A stretch of DNA of 64,000 bases from Haliotis cracherodii (GCF_022045235.1 NW_027266319.1:67456001-67520000); one strand, 5' to 3'; shown: positions 9,721-23,509, counted from the first letter of the stretch. Notes: generated by a model from the letters alone, not told the origin. Program-made: numbers and translations.

Positions 9721-12246
9721 GGTCTATATTTATATCAGCTTTGAACAAAGTACTTTATGTAAAGCTATGTGCCATGGTGATTGGTAGTCGTGAAACGTAC
9801 ACTCATGCTGTAATCCACACATAGGTAAGAATTACTTTAACCACACAAAATATCACAAGACATTCCGTGCTGTAAGTTTGTATCCAGTGTATGTATACAT
9901 GCGTGTAATAGTCTAATTGCATAAGGAAGTTTTACCTGTGAAAATGGTCATCATTAAGAACCACATGTTAGGAACCGCCACTGCTACCTATATTATGTAA
10001 TTCTCACCATCATCGCTTCGGATGTATGAAATGATACATATATATTCAGCAATCTTTGATCCCCCCCTAGTTGTTAAAGGTTAACATATTTTATTCCGCT
10101 CATATGAACATACAATCTGAGTAACTGAGAACAGAAACGTAAAGGAAATACATGCAAAGTACTAATAACTTGTCAACCAGAACGTCACCTTGGGCTATCC
10201 ACTTCGTGTTGTAACATAACGGCAGTTGGTTGTACACGGCGGTAGACAGATAGACTTATCCAACTGTCTAGAACATAACTAGTCAATAAAATACAGACGG
10301 AAATGTTTCTTTTATTCAGAAAGAGTTGGCAATTAAAACGCTGTAATCATACATAACTGATACGATCTCAGGAAAATTACAGTATTTGCTCATGGTAGGG
10401 AAAGCCATTTGTTTCCTTCATTGTTTTCACTTTCAACCTTGTTCTGGAACTTTTAAGTGTGTAATGCCTTTGTTAAGTCAACGTTTAAGGAAAACAATGA
10501 TTTTACCTGAAAAATAAAGCATTGTGCGGAAAGCACACGCAACGAAACTGCTTAATGACATTTGGTTTTCCTCCACTCACAATACGATATGTGGTAGCTT
10601 AAAAAGTTCAATATCTGCACATGCACACTTGGTATTCATAGTAGCGCTGCGTCGTCGAGTGACATCGATCTCGGGGCTATGCCAACACTGTGACTACTGA
10701 GCCAACTCACAACGCATCTTGGGATTGAATTTTAATAAAAAAAAAGTAGTGAATCAAATATAACTAAATGTGTGCTTTTACTCCTCATGGTGTAAGTTTC
10801 GTGACATCAGCGATTAATATTTATCGTTTTTTAATAAATCATATTTAGAAACAGTTTCAGGTTTACAATTTAAAACGCAATCCAATAACATACCCTAGAA
10901 TTAATGAAAGTGCACAAACGAATGTCCAGAATACTGCACTGTTGAATGTCTGAAAAGAAGCCTGTCTCCCTTCTTGGATCCGGAATAGTATTGGAAACTG
11001 GCAGGCCAGGTCATAAAAAGGTCTATCAGTTGAAAACATAAGATGAATGGTTCATTTATATCATACAGCCTTTAGTCCCACTGCAGTGCTTGATGGGCAG
11101 TTGTGTTGCGCTGTATCAGTTTCGTGGGTGACCTGCAAAACCACACCTCTCTTCTCAAAGGAGGAGGTGGGATAAGTGTCCTTTAGGCCTACTGGGAACG
11201 TCAAATTGAAAGTTGCGGAAAACCTTGAAATATTAGTATGGAAGTTGTGAGTGTGGTTGACTGCTAGCTACTTCCCCCCCCTTACATGACCAGATACATT
11301 GCTAATCTGAATGAAAAAGATTAATATGTTACCATTACATCTCCCTCATATCATCTCATATCGACATCAAGAAGGCGTTAAGTATTCTATATATACACGA
11401 AAGGAGAGATACTGTGCAAATAACCGTTTATTTTGAAGCATGAACGTATCACTTTCGTTCTTCAATTCATATCGTCATTATGTTGACAAACGGCCTGATT
11501 GCCAATACGTTTATTATATACAATGTCATGTAATTGTTTTAAAGGTTTTCATTGCATACCGTACATGTTCACGTTGATTCGTACTGGATTCTTCTTAGCC
11601 CAATAACCAGACTTTCTCATTATAGAGATCGTGAATTTGTTTTAGACTTTAAGCAAGATTGTTGTCTTGTTAAATTGCTTGACAAGTAGATAAGGAAATA
11701 TAAAACAAGTGTCCATGTACAGGTATTAGTATTCATATTCCCCTTGTTAATAATTTGTATTTGTAACATTTTTATTTATTTTCTTGTGTCTGTTGTACAA
11801 TAAATTTACAGTCGTAGTTTGTTGACTCTGCAAACAATATTAAGCTGAGCTCAACTTGATTTCTATCTACGAGTAGTAATGATAAGCAAAATTCCAAGGC
11901 CATGGCATCAGAGCATGATGACTGTACAATGTATATCGTACAATTAAACTGACAGCTCAGCACAAACTAAATTCAACACTTTCAAGTGATTATAATAAAG
12001 CTTTCACCTCCGTCTGCTAATCCGCTAAGAGCATAGACCATAAAAATATTCACATACCAAGAGTCGCGCCTGGAAAAGTACCAGACGCCTCAAACACTAA
12101 CCTATCAATATCATTGCAAGTATCCCCCTTCCCCGATATATACAGAGAAACACATTGATCAATTTTGCACATACAGAACAATATATTAGAACATATGGCA
12201 ATTGTCTCCCTTTACCAATATATACAAAGAAAAACAATTTTGCATA

Positions 12247-12670
12247 TAAGGAAGAGAATAGATTGATGTCAACTTCTTTATTATGAGGAACACAACGTTT
12301 CGGAGTATATGCTTACTCCTTCATGAGGTGAATGAATGCCATGAGGCAGAAAGCATATTTATGTTCATGTAAGGACAACAAAATAATAAGATAACAAAAG
12401 GTGGAAAATAACAAAGGGGGGAAACTAACAAAGGAAGCCAACAGATGATTGGCGCTGATAGGTGATTAGCAATAGATAATGGAAGACAAAACTTAACATT
12501 AATTAGCGCTGAAGGTGTGGAAGCCAGTACTTAAGTTATCATAAATAAGTAAAAGGTAATGGACACTGGGCAAGCAGGAGGCCTGGGTAATTAGCACTGA
12601 TAGGTGAAAGAATGGACACAGCAAAGGGTAAATAGAAGTTGACATCCATATATTCTCTTCCTTGTGCTTC
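12247..12670 (-). mobile_element. Penelope-like pseudo-LTR fragment, same family as 8681-8847
   Basis: Minus strand cacctcatgaaggagtaagcatatactccgaaacgttgtgttcctcataataaagaagttgacatc; partial inverted copy of the end at ~12633-12667. Confidence 0.75.
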
Positions 12671-15600
12671 GTATTGCTTCATTCATCACAGAAAACCTTA
12701 TCTACTCTTATCCTCCTTTTCATATATATTGTCTTGGAATAACGAAGATTGTTTTCAATGTCACAGACATGTCCACTGAAGATACCTGGATACTGAAAAA
12801 GCTTGTATTGAGTACCTGAAATAAACTCTTACGTCATGCATTTCCAGAACTAATGTTCCGAAAAATCTAAATCCAACAGTGCGGCTTATCTAATTCGCCA
12901 AAATTGAATATTTCCATACCGTATCCATTGAACCTAGGATTCCAGGCAGTGTATCGTTAAGTAAATCAATTATTTCTTGACCCGAGCCTTATCATTTTCT
13001 CAGCTAATAATTAGTAATCCAATATGACCTCTGTCGTTTCATCAACAGTGGGCACTTCCTCTCCCCAGATTGGTACCTACGTTGTAAAAAGTATTGAATG
13101 CTTGTCCGATAATATAAACGCGTCTTGATGCCTAAATATGTTTATATCCTCATCCTTTATTTTGGAATTGTTTGAAAACGTTTTAGATTTATTTATCAAA
13201 GCAAAATGATACATTATTCAGATAATCAGGTTCATTTAGAATATGCGATTGATCACTTACAGAATTAAATGGTCTCACACAACCTTCAGATCAGAAGGTG
13301 CGTGGTTCAAATCCCATCACGGGACTCGGAAATTTTTAGAGCCGCTACACTTACAATGTAATATACTAGTTTTAAAGTTGATATGAATAAATATACAGTT
13401 ATTTTAATCCGAAGAGTATTATGTTCAAGTGGTAAATTCTACTCAACGCAATAACAGATCTAGAGTTTTGATTCAGGGAACATGTGCCTTTCGCTCATAT
13501 TATCGACTTACTATTTATAAACACTTGAAAGGGTATAAAATAACCTACGATGTTCATTTTCCAACAGTTTTTAAACCAAAGCATTTTGCCAAATTAAAAT
13601 GAAACACACAGGATAATATTGATCGAAGTACCCATATCCTGAAGCGCTTTCTGATTGGCTTGCGCCATTTCGACGCAGGGCGGCCTTCGAGAGGGGGACG
13701 TCCATGACGGCGGAAACATGCAGGCGGTGATGAATGGTACAGTGCAGTGGGACATCGGTCTGGATCACTGGTTGCAGACCACACGCTAGGAGCAATTTTT
13801 CGAACATGTTAATTTGTCTCATTGTAGTAGAGATGTTCCATCCCTGTCGGTTTCCAGTGCAACACCTCCAATTCATATTTCTACGAGGTCGGACAGAACA
13901 AAAGCCAAAACACATGGCGCTATTGCAGCATATTGAGAATGGAGAGTTACACTTATTACGCATGTCATGAGATAAAAGAGCGTGAAGATATAAACATGTT
14001 TTACTTGTGGGTGCACCCCCCGCCCCCCACCCCAACCCCCACTAACACGTTATGAGTTTTTGATCATACACAATCTGCTGGGATTGTATAAGTCACCGTG
14101 TACAAGACAATAATATGATAATGTGCAAGCTTTTTAAAAGTTGGGCGATGCTCATAATGTATATGTGAACAATATTTATATTAACCAAGGTGTCACCATG
14201 TATTGTAACCAAAAAAGGTTATAGTTTAAGTGGACCAAAGGTTGGCGTGTGCTTGGTTAAATGGAGGATAAGAGAAAATAACAAGAATGACAAACTACAT
14301 GGGACATGATCTTGAATAATAAAGGACAACATCAAAACACGTGCTACAGTCAGCTGGACTAAATAAATTCATCTACATTCTGTTGATTAGGATCCTTAGT
14401 TGTACAGAGCTGAGTTTGAAGGACAATTGGAAAAGACAATTGTATGCTAGTAATTGTGATCTGGAGGAATAGATTGTAAAAAACAAACACATCTTCCTGG
14501 ATGTCACTAAAGACAATAAATAGATCTTAATTGTGCACCCCCCTTTTAAAAAAAGCTGTATCCGCCTCTGTTTATGTACGACCATTAAGAACACAAACGT
14601 TCGTGTTTATCGGAAAGTGTCATAAAAAATGTCAGTGATTATTTATAGACTCATCCACAATGTGTCATTTAGGTAAAACGTCAACGCCTGCAATGTGATC
14701 TAATAGATAACCAATTCTGCTCACTGACATTCATTTTCAACTCACTATGCACCTGTTTGACTTCACTACTTAGTTTCCCAAGTAGTTTGTCCATGATTGT
14801 TTTTCTGCTGCATCTTCTAGCAGCTTATTAACAGTCTCAATCATTGATAGATTGCCTATATTAAAGGTTATTTCTACCCTTGCCACGCCAAGGCCACATT
14901 TCTTGGCTCGACCCTGCCTCCATCAGGAGTTGTGCCCCTTGTAATGAAAATGCGATATCCAATCAGATCGCTGCTCTTATCGCGCATAGCTTCACAAAGA
15001 TGGCGACTACCATAGTCGATCAGATAACTAAAACATTCCTGATTTCATCCCGGACACAAAAACATAGGCAATCGTTTGGAAGTTTAAAATGTGAAAAAAC
15101 ATACAACCACAAAGGCATCCAGCGGTAAATCACTTTCATACGAAGGTGTACCAGTCGTGGATGTTGACTGTGTGAAACGTTTTCTGATTAGTGCGATAGT
15201 CCAAAAATATTTAGCACAAGAAAGTGGGCTTGATGTGGCAAGGGTGGAAACAAGACTTCGATCAAAGGCTTGTGGACGCTGTTGCTTCAGGAAGCCGGTT
15301 GTGAACTGGAGAACTGTTGTTGTGGCACTGTATTAAAGCGTACAAGTGATCCTTATACCTGATTGTCCATATCGTTACACCCAGTGTCGCCATGCTTGTT
15401 TATTGTTGTTGGCACTCATTTGAACTGAGGCACTTAATGCGAATATGTTTGTAGAGACTTACGTTTCAGCATTCCGTGTAATTTCATTATTTGAGATCGG
15501 AGAGCCCTCTCCCCAGACGTTTCCTGATCAAGGAGCGTAACTAATATACTCGAACGTTGTTTTCATACACGGTTTAAACAATTCCTTCAATAATTACATC

Positions 15601-15683
15601 TTAAAAATCGATGAACACTCGTGTGTTCGCATTGTAAATATCATATATTAGGAACAAACAAGACGTATATTCCTCTACATGGT

Positions 15684-15858
15684 GGGGCGGTCGGGTAGCC
15701 TAGTGGTTAAAGCGTTCGATCGTCACGCCGAAGACTCGGGTTCGATTCCCGACATGGCTACAATGTGTGAAGCCCATTTCTGGTGTCCCCCGCCGTGATA
15801 TTGCTGGAATATTGCTAAAAGCGGCGTAAAACCATACTCACTCACTCACTCACTCACT
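15684..15858 (+). mobile_element. Family A SINE, full length
   Basis: A/B boxes, shared tail, (ctca)n; short flanking repeat tacatg. Confidence 0.92.
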
Positions 15859-16466
15859 ATACATGATATTTACGATACAGGAACACACTAAACTATTATT
15901 TGCCAAAATATACTTATGTTGTGTTGTCAGTAATATTATTTATTTCAAAATCAATTTATGATAAAACGACCGTGACAGCTATACTTTAACGATTAAACTG
16001 ACAGGAATAAGTATTGACATTAACTCAAATATAAACATATTGAAAACATGCCTGAGTCATTATGCCTGGAAGTGGAAGAAAAAGACATTAAAAAATTCAA
16101 GTTACTCAGAGCTTGCGTGCCCTTCAGTCTTCTTTCCCTATGTTGACCCTTTGGGTATATCGACATCACTCGAAAACATGAAGAAGGTGTTGATAATTGG
16201 TCGAAAATTGCTTTGTATGAGGTTAATAAGAAAAACAATATTTGGAGGTATAATTATTCCCGTTGCTGGAGATGAAATTACCGTTATTTGCATTAGCCGT
16301 TCACCCAGTTTGGGGACATCAAGGGCGAGATAGCGATTGGATACTTCCATACTATCAGGAAAGCTGGCTTGGCGTATGTTTCTGTTACGAGTACATCCCA
16401 TATCTCATTGCATTAGGTGGATATCCACGTTCTGTTACATCCTATGTCTCATTGTATGAGGATTTT

Positions 16467-16585
16467 ATTGGACACTAAACGAGATCCTCTTTCATATCAA
16501 GTTTATGTCCCGAGTTTTTCAAAGCAATTTTATTCCACGATGAACATAAACTTGATATGAAAGGGAATCTCGTTTAGTGTCCAAT
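16467..16585. mobile_element. Fold-back MITE-like element with ~42-bp terminal inverted repeats
   Basis: attggacactaaacgagatcctctttcatatcaagtttatgt ... acataaacttgatatgaaagggaatctcgtttagtgtccaat. Confidence 0.75.
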
Positions 16586-16999
16586 GTATTACCCATCCCT
16601 TTTAAAGTTTTATCAACGCCCCAAAACACCAGGTTTGGCGTTCTGTACATAAGAAGCAATATGCGTAGTTATGTAAGTGCTTGGTGAATGGAATGCTGTA
16701 TGAGTTACTTAAGAAAATCCTTGCACACAGAAAAACATAAGTAAATCCACCATCTCGGACCATATCAGCATCTGCCCTAATCACAAATTTGTGCTCTTTG
16801 ATTCTGGTGGCAGTCGACATTTGCGGCCACAAACCATCAATCAACACAGATCAAGGCTATTCCATTCGCCTACTATGATCTCATTAAGCAGTAATCACCA
16901 CACCTATGTATACGTATTATGTTTGATTGGCTTCCTGTATTATTGGATTATTGGGTTCCACCTCATGTGTTCCTGTCCATCATGCTGTTACAGTATTAT

Positions 17000-17127
17000 N
17001 NNNNNNNNNNNNNNNNNNNNNNNNNNNNNNNNNNNNNNNNNNNNNNNNNNNNNNNNNNNNNNNNNNNNNNNNNNNNNNNNNNNNNNNNNNNNNNNNNNNN
17101 NNNNNNNNNNNNNNNNNNNNNNNNNNN
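17000..17127. other. Assembly gap (128 N)
   Basis: Run of n. Confidence 0.99.
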
Positions 17128-17159
17128 CGTGTTACATAAGAGAGATATATACATGTTTT

Positions 17160-17700
17160 TTGGCATATTAAAAGGTAACACTCAACCTTAGGCTTATGAG
17201 ACACAATAAAACATGTCTAGCTAAATGCCTAGCTAAATGATTGCTTACGTTTAAACATCTTTCAAAGTGTACTGGCTAACACAGGCTGAATTCTTTACGA
17301 TTTACAATATAAATGAAAGCGTCATCAACGCTAATATTTTCAAATAACGGATTTAAAACAATACATTCTCTAAGTAAAATACTTCTAAGATCATCATATA
17401 AAGGACATAACATTAAAAAGTGAAATAATTATTCATCTTCGACAAACTTTTGATGAACAGATTTAAAACAGTGCGGGCAGATTCTATTTTCCGTTTCAAA
17501 CTGTGTCTCCTTCTGAGGATAAATGTGAAGGCAAATTACTACGGTTATGCATTTGATGAATCTGAATCTGTGGATTATTTGCTCCCTAAATCAGCCTCTT
17601 AACTTGTTAAATGTGCTGTCAAATCTAGGTTATATACCAATAAAGAATTATCAGAAACACTGTCACGAATGTTGGCGTGGTAGTTATTAATAGATAATGT
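17160..17700 (-). mobile_element. 3' end of a non-LTR retrotransposon (RTE-X-like, related to 9265-9720)
   Basis: Minus strand ENRICPHCFKSVHQKFVEDE*LFHFLMLCPLYDDLRS; same attgtgtctcat 3'-UTR motif. Confidence 0.75.
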
Positions 17701-19540
17701 CAGCTATCAACATTTTCTAAAACATTTTTCCCACAGCAGAATTTAACTTAGAAGATTTGGCTGGCTCCCCTTCAGAATGAGTAGCTTTCTTTGGACGACA
17801 TTTACGTTGAGTTTTCACGTGGTAAAACTATCATTGCTGTCCCCAGGGCGTTCATGGAAAAGACCAGTGTCATCAACGAAAAGAAGAATGATACATCAAA
17901 GCCAAACTTAATATTAGACACAATTGACATTAATGTCAACCCCTCGGCAGTCCTTATGCTATATAAAAATATTGAGAATAAAAGTGGACAAGTTCTTTCC
18001 CTGTCTGATCACGACACCTGTGGGACAAGAGATGTCGGACGACATATTGTTTGCTTGTACCATTGATTCTTTAATACTTTACATATCTTTCACTGATGTT
18101 AGGAATTTACCTGCAATAACACTTTCCTACATTTTCAACCAAAGTCCCACCTCCAAACAGTGTCGAAAGCCTTAGTATAGCAATAAATACACTATACAAT
18201 TTTTTTCTGGTAAGTTAAAAACATGCATTAGTGTGTTTAAGACAAAACTGTTACCTGAGGTCATTAACTTCTTTTCTGAGCTGAAGATCACTATTTCCTA
18301 GAACATTGGTGAGGCGTGTGTTATAAAGTTTATAATTATCAATGATTAACCTTTAATCAATATGAGTTTCACTCACGCCAGCGACTTAGAGACCAAAGCC
18401 GCCCAGATATTAATCCATGTCTCCAAAATAAATCCTGCGCGTGATCATCGTGTGTAAGTCCGCCCGAAACCCAAGCCGCCCAATTTGTTCTGGGCGTGTT
18501 CATTATGTGCAAGTCATCCCTAAATGAATTCCGGTTATGAAATATAAACTTTAATATGTTTAAAGGACAGGTAAAGTGAAGAAAAATGATTGCGATATTG
18601 TCGCGAATATCCATTGTCCTAGATGCATGAGGCCAATTTCCGAAAGAGAACTAACGTAAGATCCGAAGAAAGTATTTTAATGTTCAAGTGAAAGTGTTGA
18701 ATCACTCTCTAAACGGATTCCCAAACCAAACTATTTGGGAGAGTGGCCTAAAGCTATCGGCTATGTGTTTGCTATAAATGTTTTCATTGGCTGATATGTA
18801 GACTTGTGATGCTTAGCATCTATTTGGATACGCCAGGAAGCGTTCAATCTAAAAGTGCTGCTATTTCTGTTAATCCTACCTACTTATATAAAATGAAAAA
18901 TAAAATGTGAACAACCAATAACTCAGCTTTATATGAGAAACGTTTGTGTAGGCAGAGATGGCTTCCTCCATTTGTACCTCTATCAGATCGAACTTGTCGC
19001 TTCAATGAAGATTTCAAATTTTCAAATACGATGGTCAGATAAGTCTTAACATGCAGATGGTGCTTCATTCTTGAAAGAATGAGTGAGTATGGTTTTACAC
19101 CGCTTTTAGCAATATTCCAACAATATCAAGGCGGGGGACACCTGAAAATGGGCTTCACACATTGTACCCATGTGGGGCATCAAACCCCAGGTTGTGACGA
19201 GCAAACGCTTTAACCACTAGGCTTCCATTCCCATTCTTGGAAGAAACTATCAGATAAGCCAAGCCATTGTTTTGCATAACAAAAGACTAACTTTGTAAAT
19301 TCGTCTCTTATGTCTTTTAATCTACTCCACTGTCTTATGTTACACTCGACCACTGCCGGACAATTGGAACATCAACCTTGAGTACCGTTGATTTGGGCAT
19401 GGTATCCTCAATAATGCATTATATGCATATTGCAATATTGCATACAATATGCAAATATGAAGTTTAACTTTATATAAGGAAATTTATTTTACCATGTAGC
19501 ATACATTATATTTTAAACATTTTTTGATTTCACAACTTTA
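17701..19540. repeat. Local direct segmental duplication, copy 1 (pairs with 20836-22513)
   Basis: Collinear similarity from cagctatcaacattttctaaaac to atacattatat...caactttat, with indels; both copies contain the same family A SINE. Confidence 0.92.
19080..19230 (-). mobile_element. Family A SINE inside duplication copy 1
   Basis: gagtgagtatggttttacaccgcttttagcaatattcc...aaccactaggct. Confidence 0.88.
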
Positions 19541-20068
19541 TACATACAGGTGTTCTTACAAGTTGCATGACCCATAATGATACTCATTTGAACTTAATTC
19601 AAAGATTTTCTAGCGTTATTGAAATATTTCGCCTTCGCTCAAAACTCATGTTTTTGTTTCGCAAATACATAAATGTATTTCTTTTAAGTATCATGACACA
19701 AAATTTAACTCATTTTCAGCTAATTCAATGATTTTACAGCGATATTAAAATATTTCGCCCATGGGCTAGAAAAGGGTTTGACCAATGGGCGAGAAAGGTT
19801 TGGCCCATGGGTTTTGTTTCGCAAATACATAAAGGTGTTCTTAGAAGTTTCATGACATATAACTTAACTCATTTCAACTATTGTACGGCGTTATTGAAAT
19901 ATTTCGCCCTGGACGAGAAAGTCCGGCCCATGGGGCGAGAATAATTTCCTTTTGTCAACAGTTTTAGTTTCGAAAATACATAAAGTTGTGTCTACAAGCA
20001 TGACACATGAGTCAACTCATTTTAACTTAAATCAACTAATTTGTGGCGTTATGAAAATATTTCGTCAG
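19541..20068. repeat. Degenerate tandem repeat, about 4 units of ~125-155 bp
   Basis: Recurring aaatacataaa...catgac...aactcattt...gcgttattgaaatatttcgcc blocks. Confidence 0.75.
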
Positions 20069-20469
20069 TCCCTTTAAAGCATGAACAAATTGTGTGCAAA
20101 GTATATTGTTTCATGTGAAATATACTTTATATTATATCATTACATTACTATTTAAAAAGGGCCTTTGGCTGGATGTTTACTTTAAAGAAGTTTTACAAAT
20201 TTCACCTTTTTTTCATATTGTAACGATCTTTAATGAACCCGGCCCTAATTCTCAAAACGTTTTGATAGTTTATCATACGAATTCATGCGTGTGTACTCCA
20301 ATTCATTGGCGTTATTTTCGACAACATTGAGGTTTAATTAGTTTCTGTATCATTTCACATTTTATGTCTCATTGATACATCACACTGGGCAATTAAGTGA
20401 CACTAGGTATGCAATATACAGGTACACGTGTGGGTATTTTAATGGATCAATTCTAAGTTATTTATACCT

Positions 20470-20760
20470 CGTTCAGTTGTTTAACGCCGCACCCAGCAAT
20501 ATTGCAGCTATATGACGGCGGTCTGTAAATAAGCGAGTCTGGACCAGACAATCCAGTGATTGATAACATGAGCATCGATCCACGCATTTGGGATACGATA
20601 ACAAGCATTAAAAAAAGTCAGCGAGTCTAACCACCCGATCCCGTTAGGCACCTCTTACGACAAGCATAGTCACCTCTTACGACAAGCATAGTCACCTTTT
20701 ACGACAAGCATAGTCACCTCCTACGACAAGCATTGTCACCTCTTACGTCAAGCTTGGGTA
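20470..20760 (-). mobile_element. Family B retroposon with five copies of the 22-bp hairpin unit
   Basis: Tail and body match; agtcacctcttacgacaagcat-type unit x5 at ~20645-20755. Confidence 0.9.
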
Positions 20761-20835
20761 CATAGCTTTTGTGGCATGTTCACTTAATAAGACCATAGAC
20801 ACGCCATCTGTTCCTATGCAATTGGTATGTATGTA

Positions 20836-22513
20836 CAGCTATCAACATTTTCTAAAACATTTTTCCCACAGCAGAATTTAACTTTGAAGATTTGTCTGGC
20901 TCCCCTCCAAAATTAGTAGCTTTCTTTTGGCGATATTTACGAGTTTTCACGTGGTAAAATGATCATTAAAGAGTTGTTTGCTGTCCCCAGGGCGTTCATG
21001 GAAAAGACCAGTGTCATCAACGAAAAGAAGAATGATACATCGAAGCCAAAATTAATATTAGACACAATTGATATTAATGTTAACCCCTCGGCAGCCCTTA
21101 GGTTAGGAAGGGATCAATGTCATAATAAAAATATTGAGAATAAGAGAGGACAAGTTCTTTTCCTGTCTGATCACGACACCTGTGGGACAAGAGGTGTAGT
21201 CGGACGACATTTTGTTTGCTTGTACCACTGATTTTTTAACACTATGCATATCTTTCGCTGATGGTAGGAATTTACCTGCATTAACACTTTTCTACATTTG
21301 TTTCCAAAGTGCCAACCTCCAAACAGTGTCAAAAGCCTCAGTAAAATCAATAAATTCAAAATACATTTTTTCGGTATGTTTAAGATATACATTTGTGTAT
21401 TTAAAACAAAACTGTTTTCGGTCATTAACGTTTTTTTTCTAAAACCTGACTCAACTGAAGATAAAATATCACTATTACCAAGAAAATTGGTCAGGCGTGT
21501 GTTATAAAGTTTCTACTTCCACCAATTAATTTCTCGGCGTGATCATCGTGTGTAGGTCCGCCCGAAACCTTAGCCGCCCAATTGCGTAATCATTATGTCC
21601 TAGATGTATGAATCAAATTCCAGAAAGAAAACCATCGTAATATTCGGATAAAGTATTTGAATGTCCAAGTATTTGAAAGTGTTGAAATCGCACGCTCCGT
21701 AATCGGATAACAAAACTATTTGGGAGAGTGCCCTAAAGCTGTCGGCGCAAAGGAGGGGCGATGTGATTCAGACTTGTAATGCTTAGAAGCTATACGGATA
21801 CGCCAGGAAGCGGTCAATCTGAAAGTGCTGCTTTTTCTTTTAATCCTACAAATCTATACTTAAGCCATATATAAAATGAAAAATACAATGTGCACAACCA
21901 ATAGCTCAGCGTTTTATGAGAAAAACATTTGTAGGCAGATATTGCTTCCTTCCTTTCTTCCTCTATTAGATTGAACTTGTCTCTTCATTGAAGTTTTCAA
22001 CTTTTCAAATACGATGGTCTGAAATGTCTTGACATGCAAATGGTGCTACGTTCTTGAAAGGGTGCGAGAGAGAGTATGGTTTTACACCGCTTATAGCAAT
22101 ATTCCAGCAATATCAAGGCGGGGGACACCGGAAAATGGGCTCCACACATTGTACTCACGTGGGGAATACAACCCCATGTCGTGAAGTGCAAACGCTTTAA
22201 CCACTAGGCTACCACCCCGATTCTTGGATGAAGCTATCGATGTGCCAAGCCATTGTTTTGCATAACAGAAGACAACTTTGTAAATTCGTCTCTCATCTCC
22301 TTTAATCTAACCCACGGTCTCATAACACTCGACCACTGCCGGACGTTTGGGAGTATCGTTGATAACCATATTTGGGACATGGTATCCTCAATAATGCATA
22401 ACATGCTTACTGCAATATTGCATACAATGTGCAAATAGTTAAACGTTATGTAAGGACATTTATTTTGTCATGTAGCATACATTATATTTGAAACATTATG
22501 ATTTAACAACTTT
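20836..22513. repeat. Local direct segmental duplication, copy 2
   Basis: Collinear with 17701-19540; family A SINE at the orthologous position (~22067-22220). Confidence 0.92.
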
Positions 22514-22539
22514 ATGGTTAATTCAGCATATTGTTTCTC

Positions 22540-22677
22540 AAGATCCGGGGTAGAATAGGTCTTCAGCAACCCATGCTTCCCGTCGTAGGAGGCGACTAAC
22601 GGGGTCGGGTGCACTTGGTTGATGCATGTCATCGTATCCCAATTGCGTAGATCGATGCTCATGATATCAATCACTGG

Positions 22678-22680
<3 letters not shown>
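22540..22680 (+). mobile_element. Family B retroposon with a single hairpin unit, 3'-truncated at a (TA)n microsatellite
   Basis: agatccggggtagaataggtcttcagcaacccatgcttcccgtcgtaggaggcgactaacggg...cactgga followed by (ta)n. Confidence 0.88.
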
Positions 22681-22716
<36 letters not shown>

Positions 22717-23509
22717 ATGTTGGTTTTAATGTGTATATATACATACACGTTAAAACCAACATTTATCAATATTATTTGATAAATATAATTTTGATTCTCT
22801 TACTTTGTCCTGGAGCGGTGTTAACTTTCTAAGAGTTCTGTGGGTCGCAGATGCTACCGGTTGAACAGGACTTGCTTTCCCTTTTCGCGAACGCCTGGTG
22901 TGGTCACTGGTTTTCAGTGGTCAATTCATATAGTTTTCACAGCGGTTTTGTCCTTTGCGACAGATGGAATCTGTTTCGGCGGACAGAAAAAGACGCTTGC
23001 ATTGCCGTTTTTTAATTTTTTTTATACAAATTGTATACAGCCTATAACTGTATATTAAACTATTTGTGTAACATTTCAGAAACTGACATGTATAAAAATC
23101 GTACATGCATTCAAAGCAATCAATATTATATTGTTTGAAAACTGCATTTCTTGACTTTCTGTGCTCTTTAAGATTTGCCAAACATCAACATATTATACAC
23201 TTTAAGCTGCACGACTTCGTTTTGACTACCATGTTCTGTAAAATATCTGATTGTGTACAGTGGTGGCTTCAAAGGAAACATAGTACTGCTTGTTATTCAA
23301 TCCAGCCGATTCATGTCATCGATGTGTTTTAACATGAACTATACACTGAATATTCCTGAACAAGTTTTGGCTTCCTTACCTTAACCATCAATACATCATT
23401 GAATATTTTAGCATTACCATTACGATAACAGTCAACTAACAGAATTTCGTTAGGGAAAAGACATTTGAGACTTCTCAAAGTTGATGGTTCAGTCAGTTGT
23501 GCAAACAGA

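Noticed and set aside
13554-14035. Overlapping ORFs in a locally GC-richer patch
   Set aside because: No recognisable domain; probably a DNA-transposon or regulatory remnant that I cannot classify.
16791-17204. ORFs containing X runs
   Set aside because: They are open only because they cross the 128-N gap.
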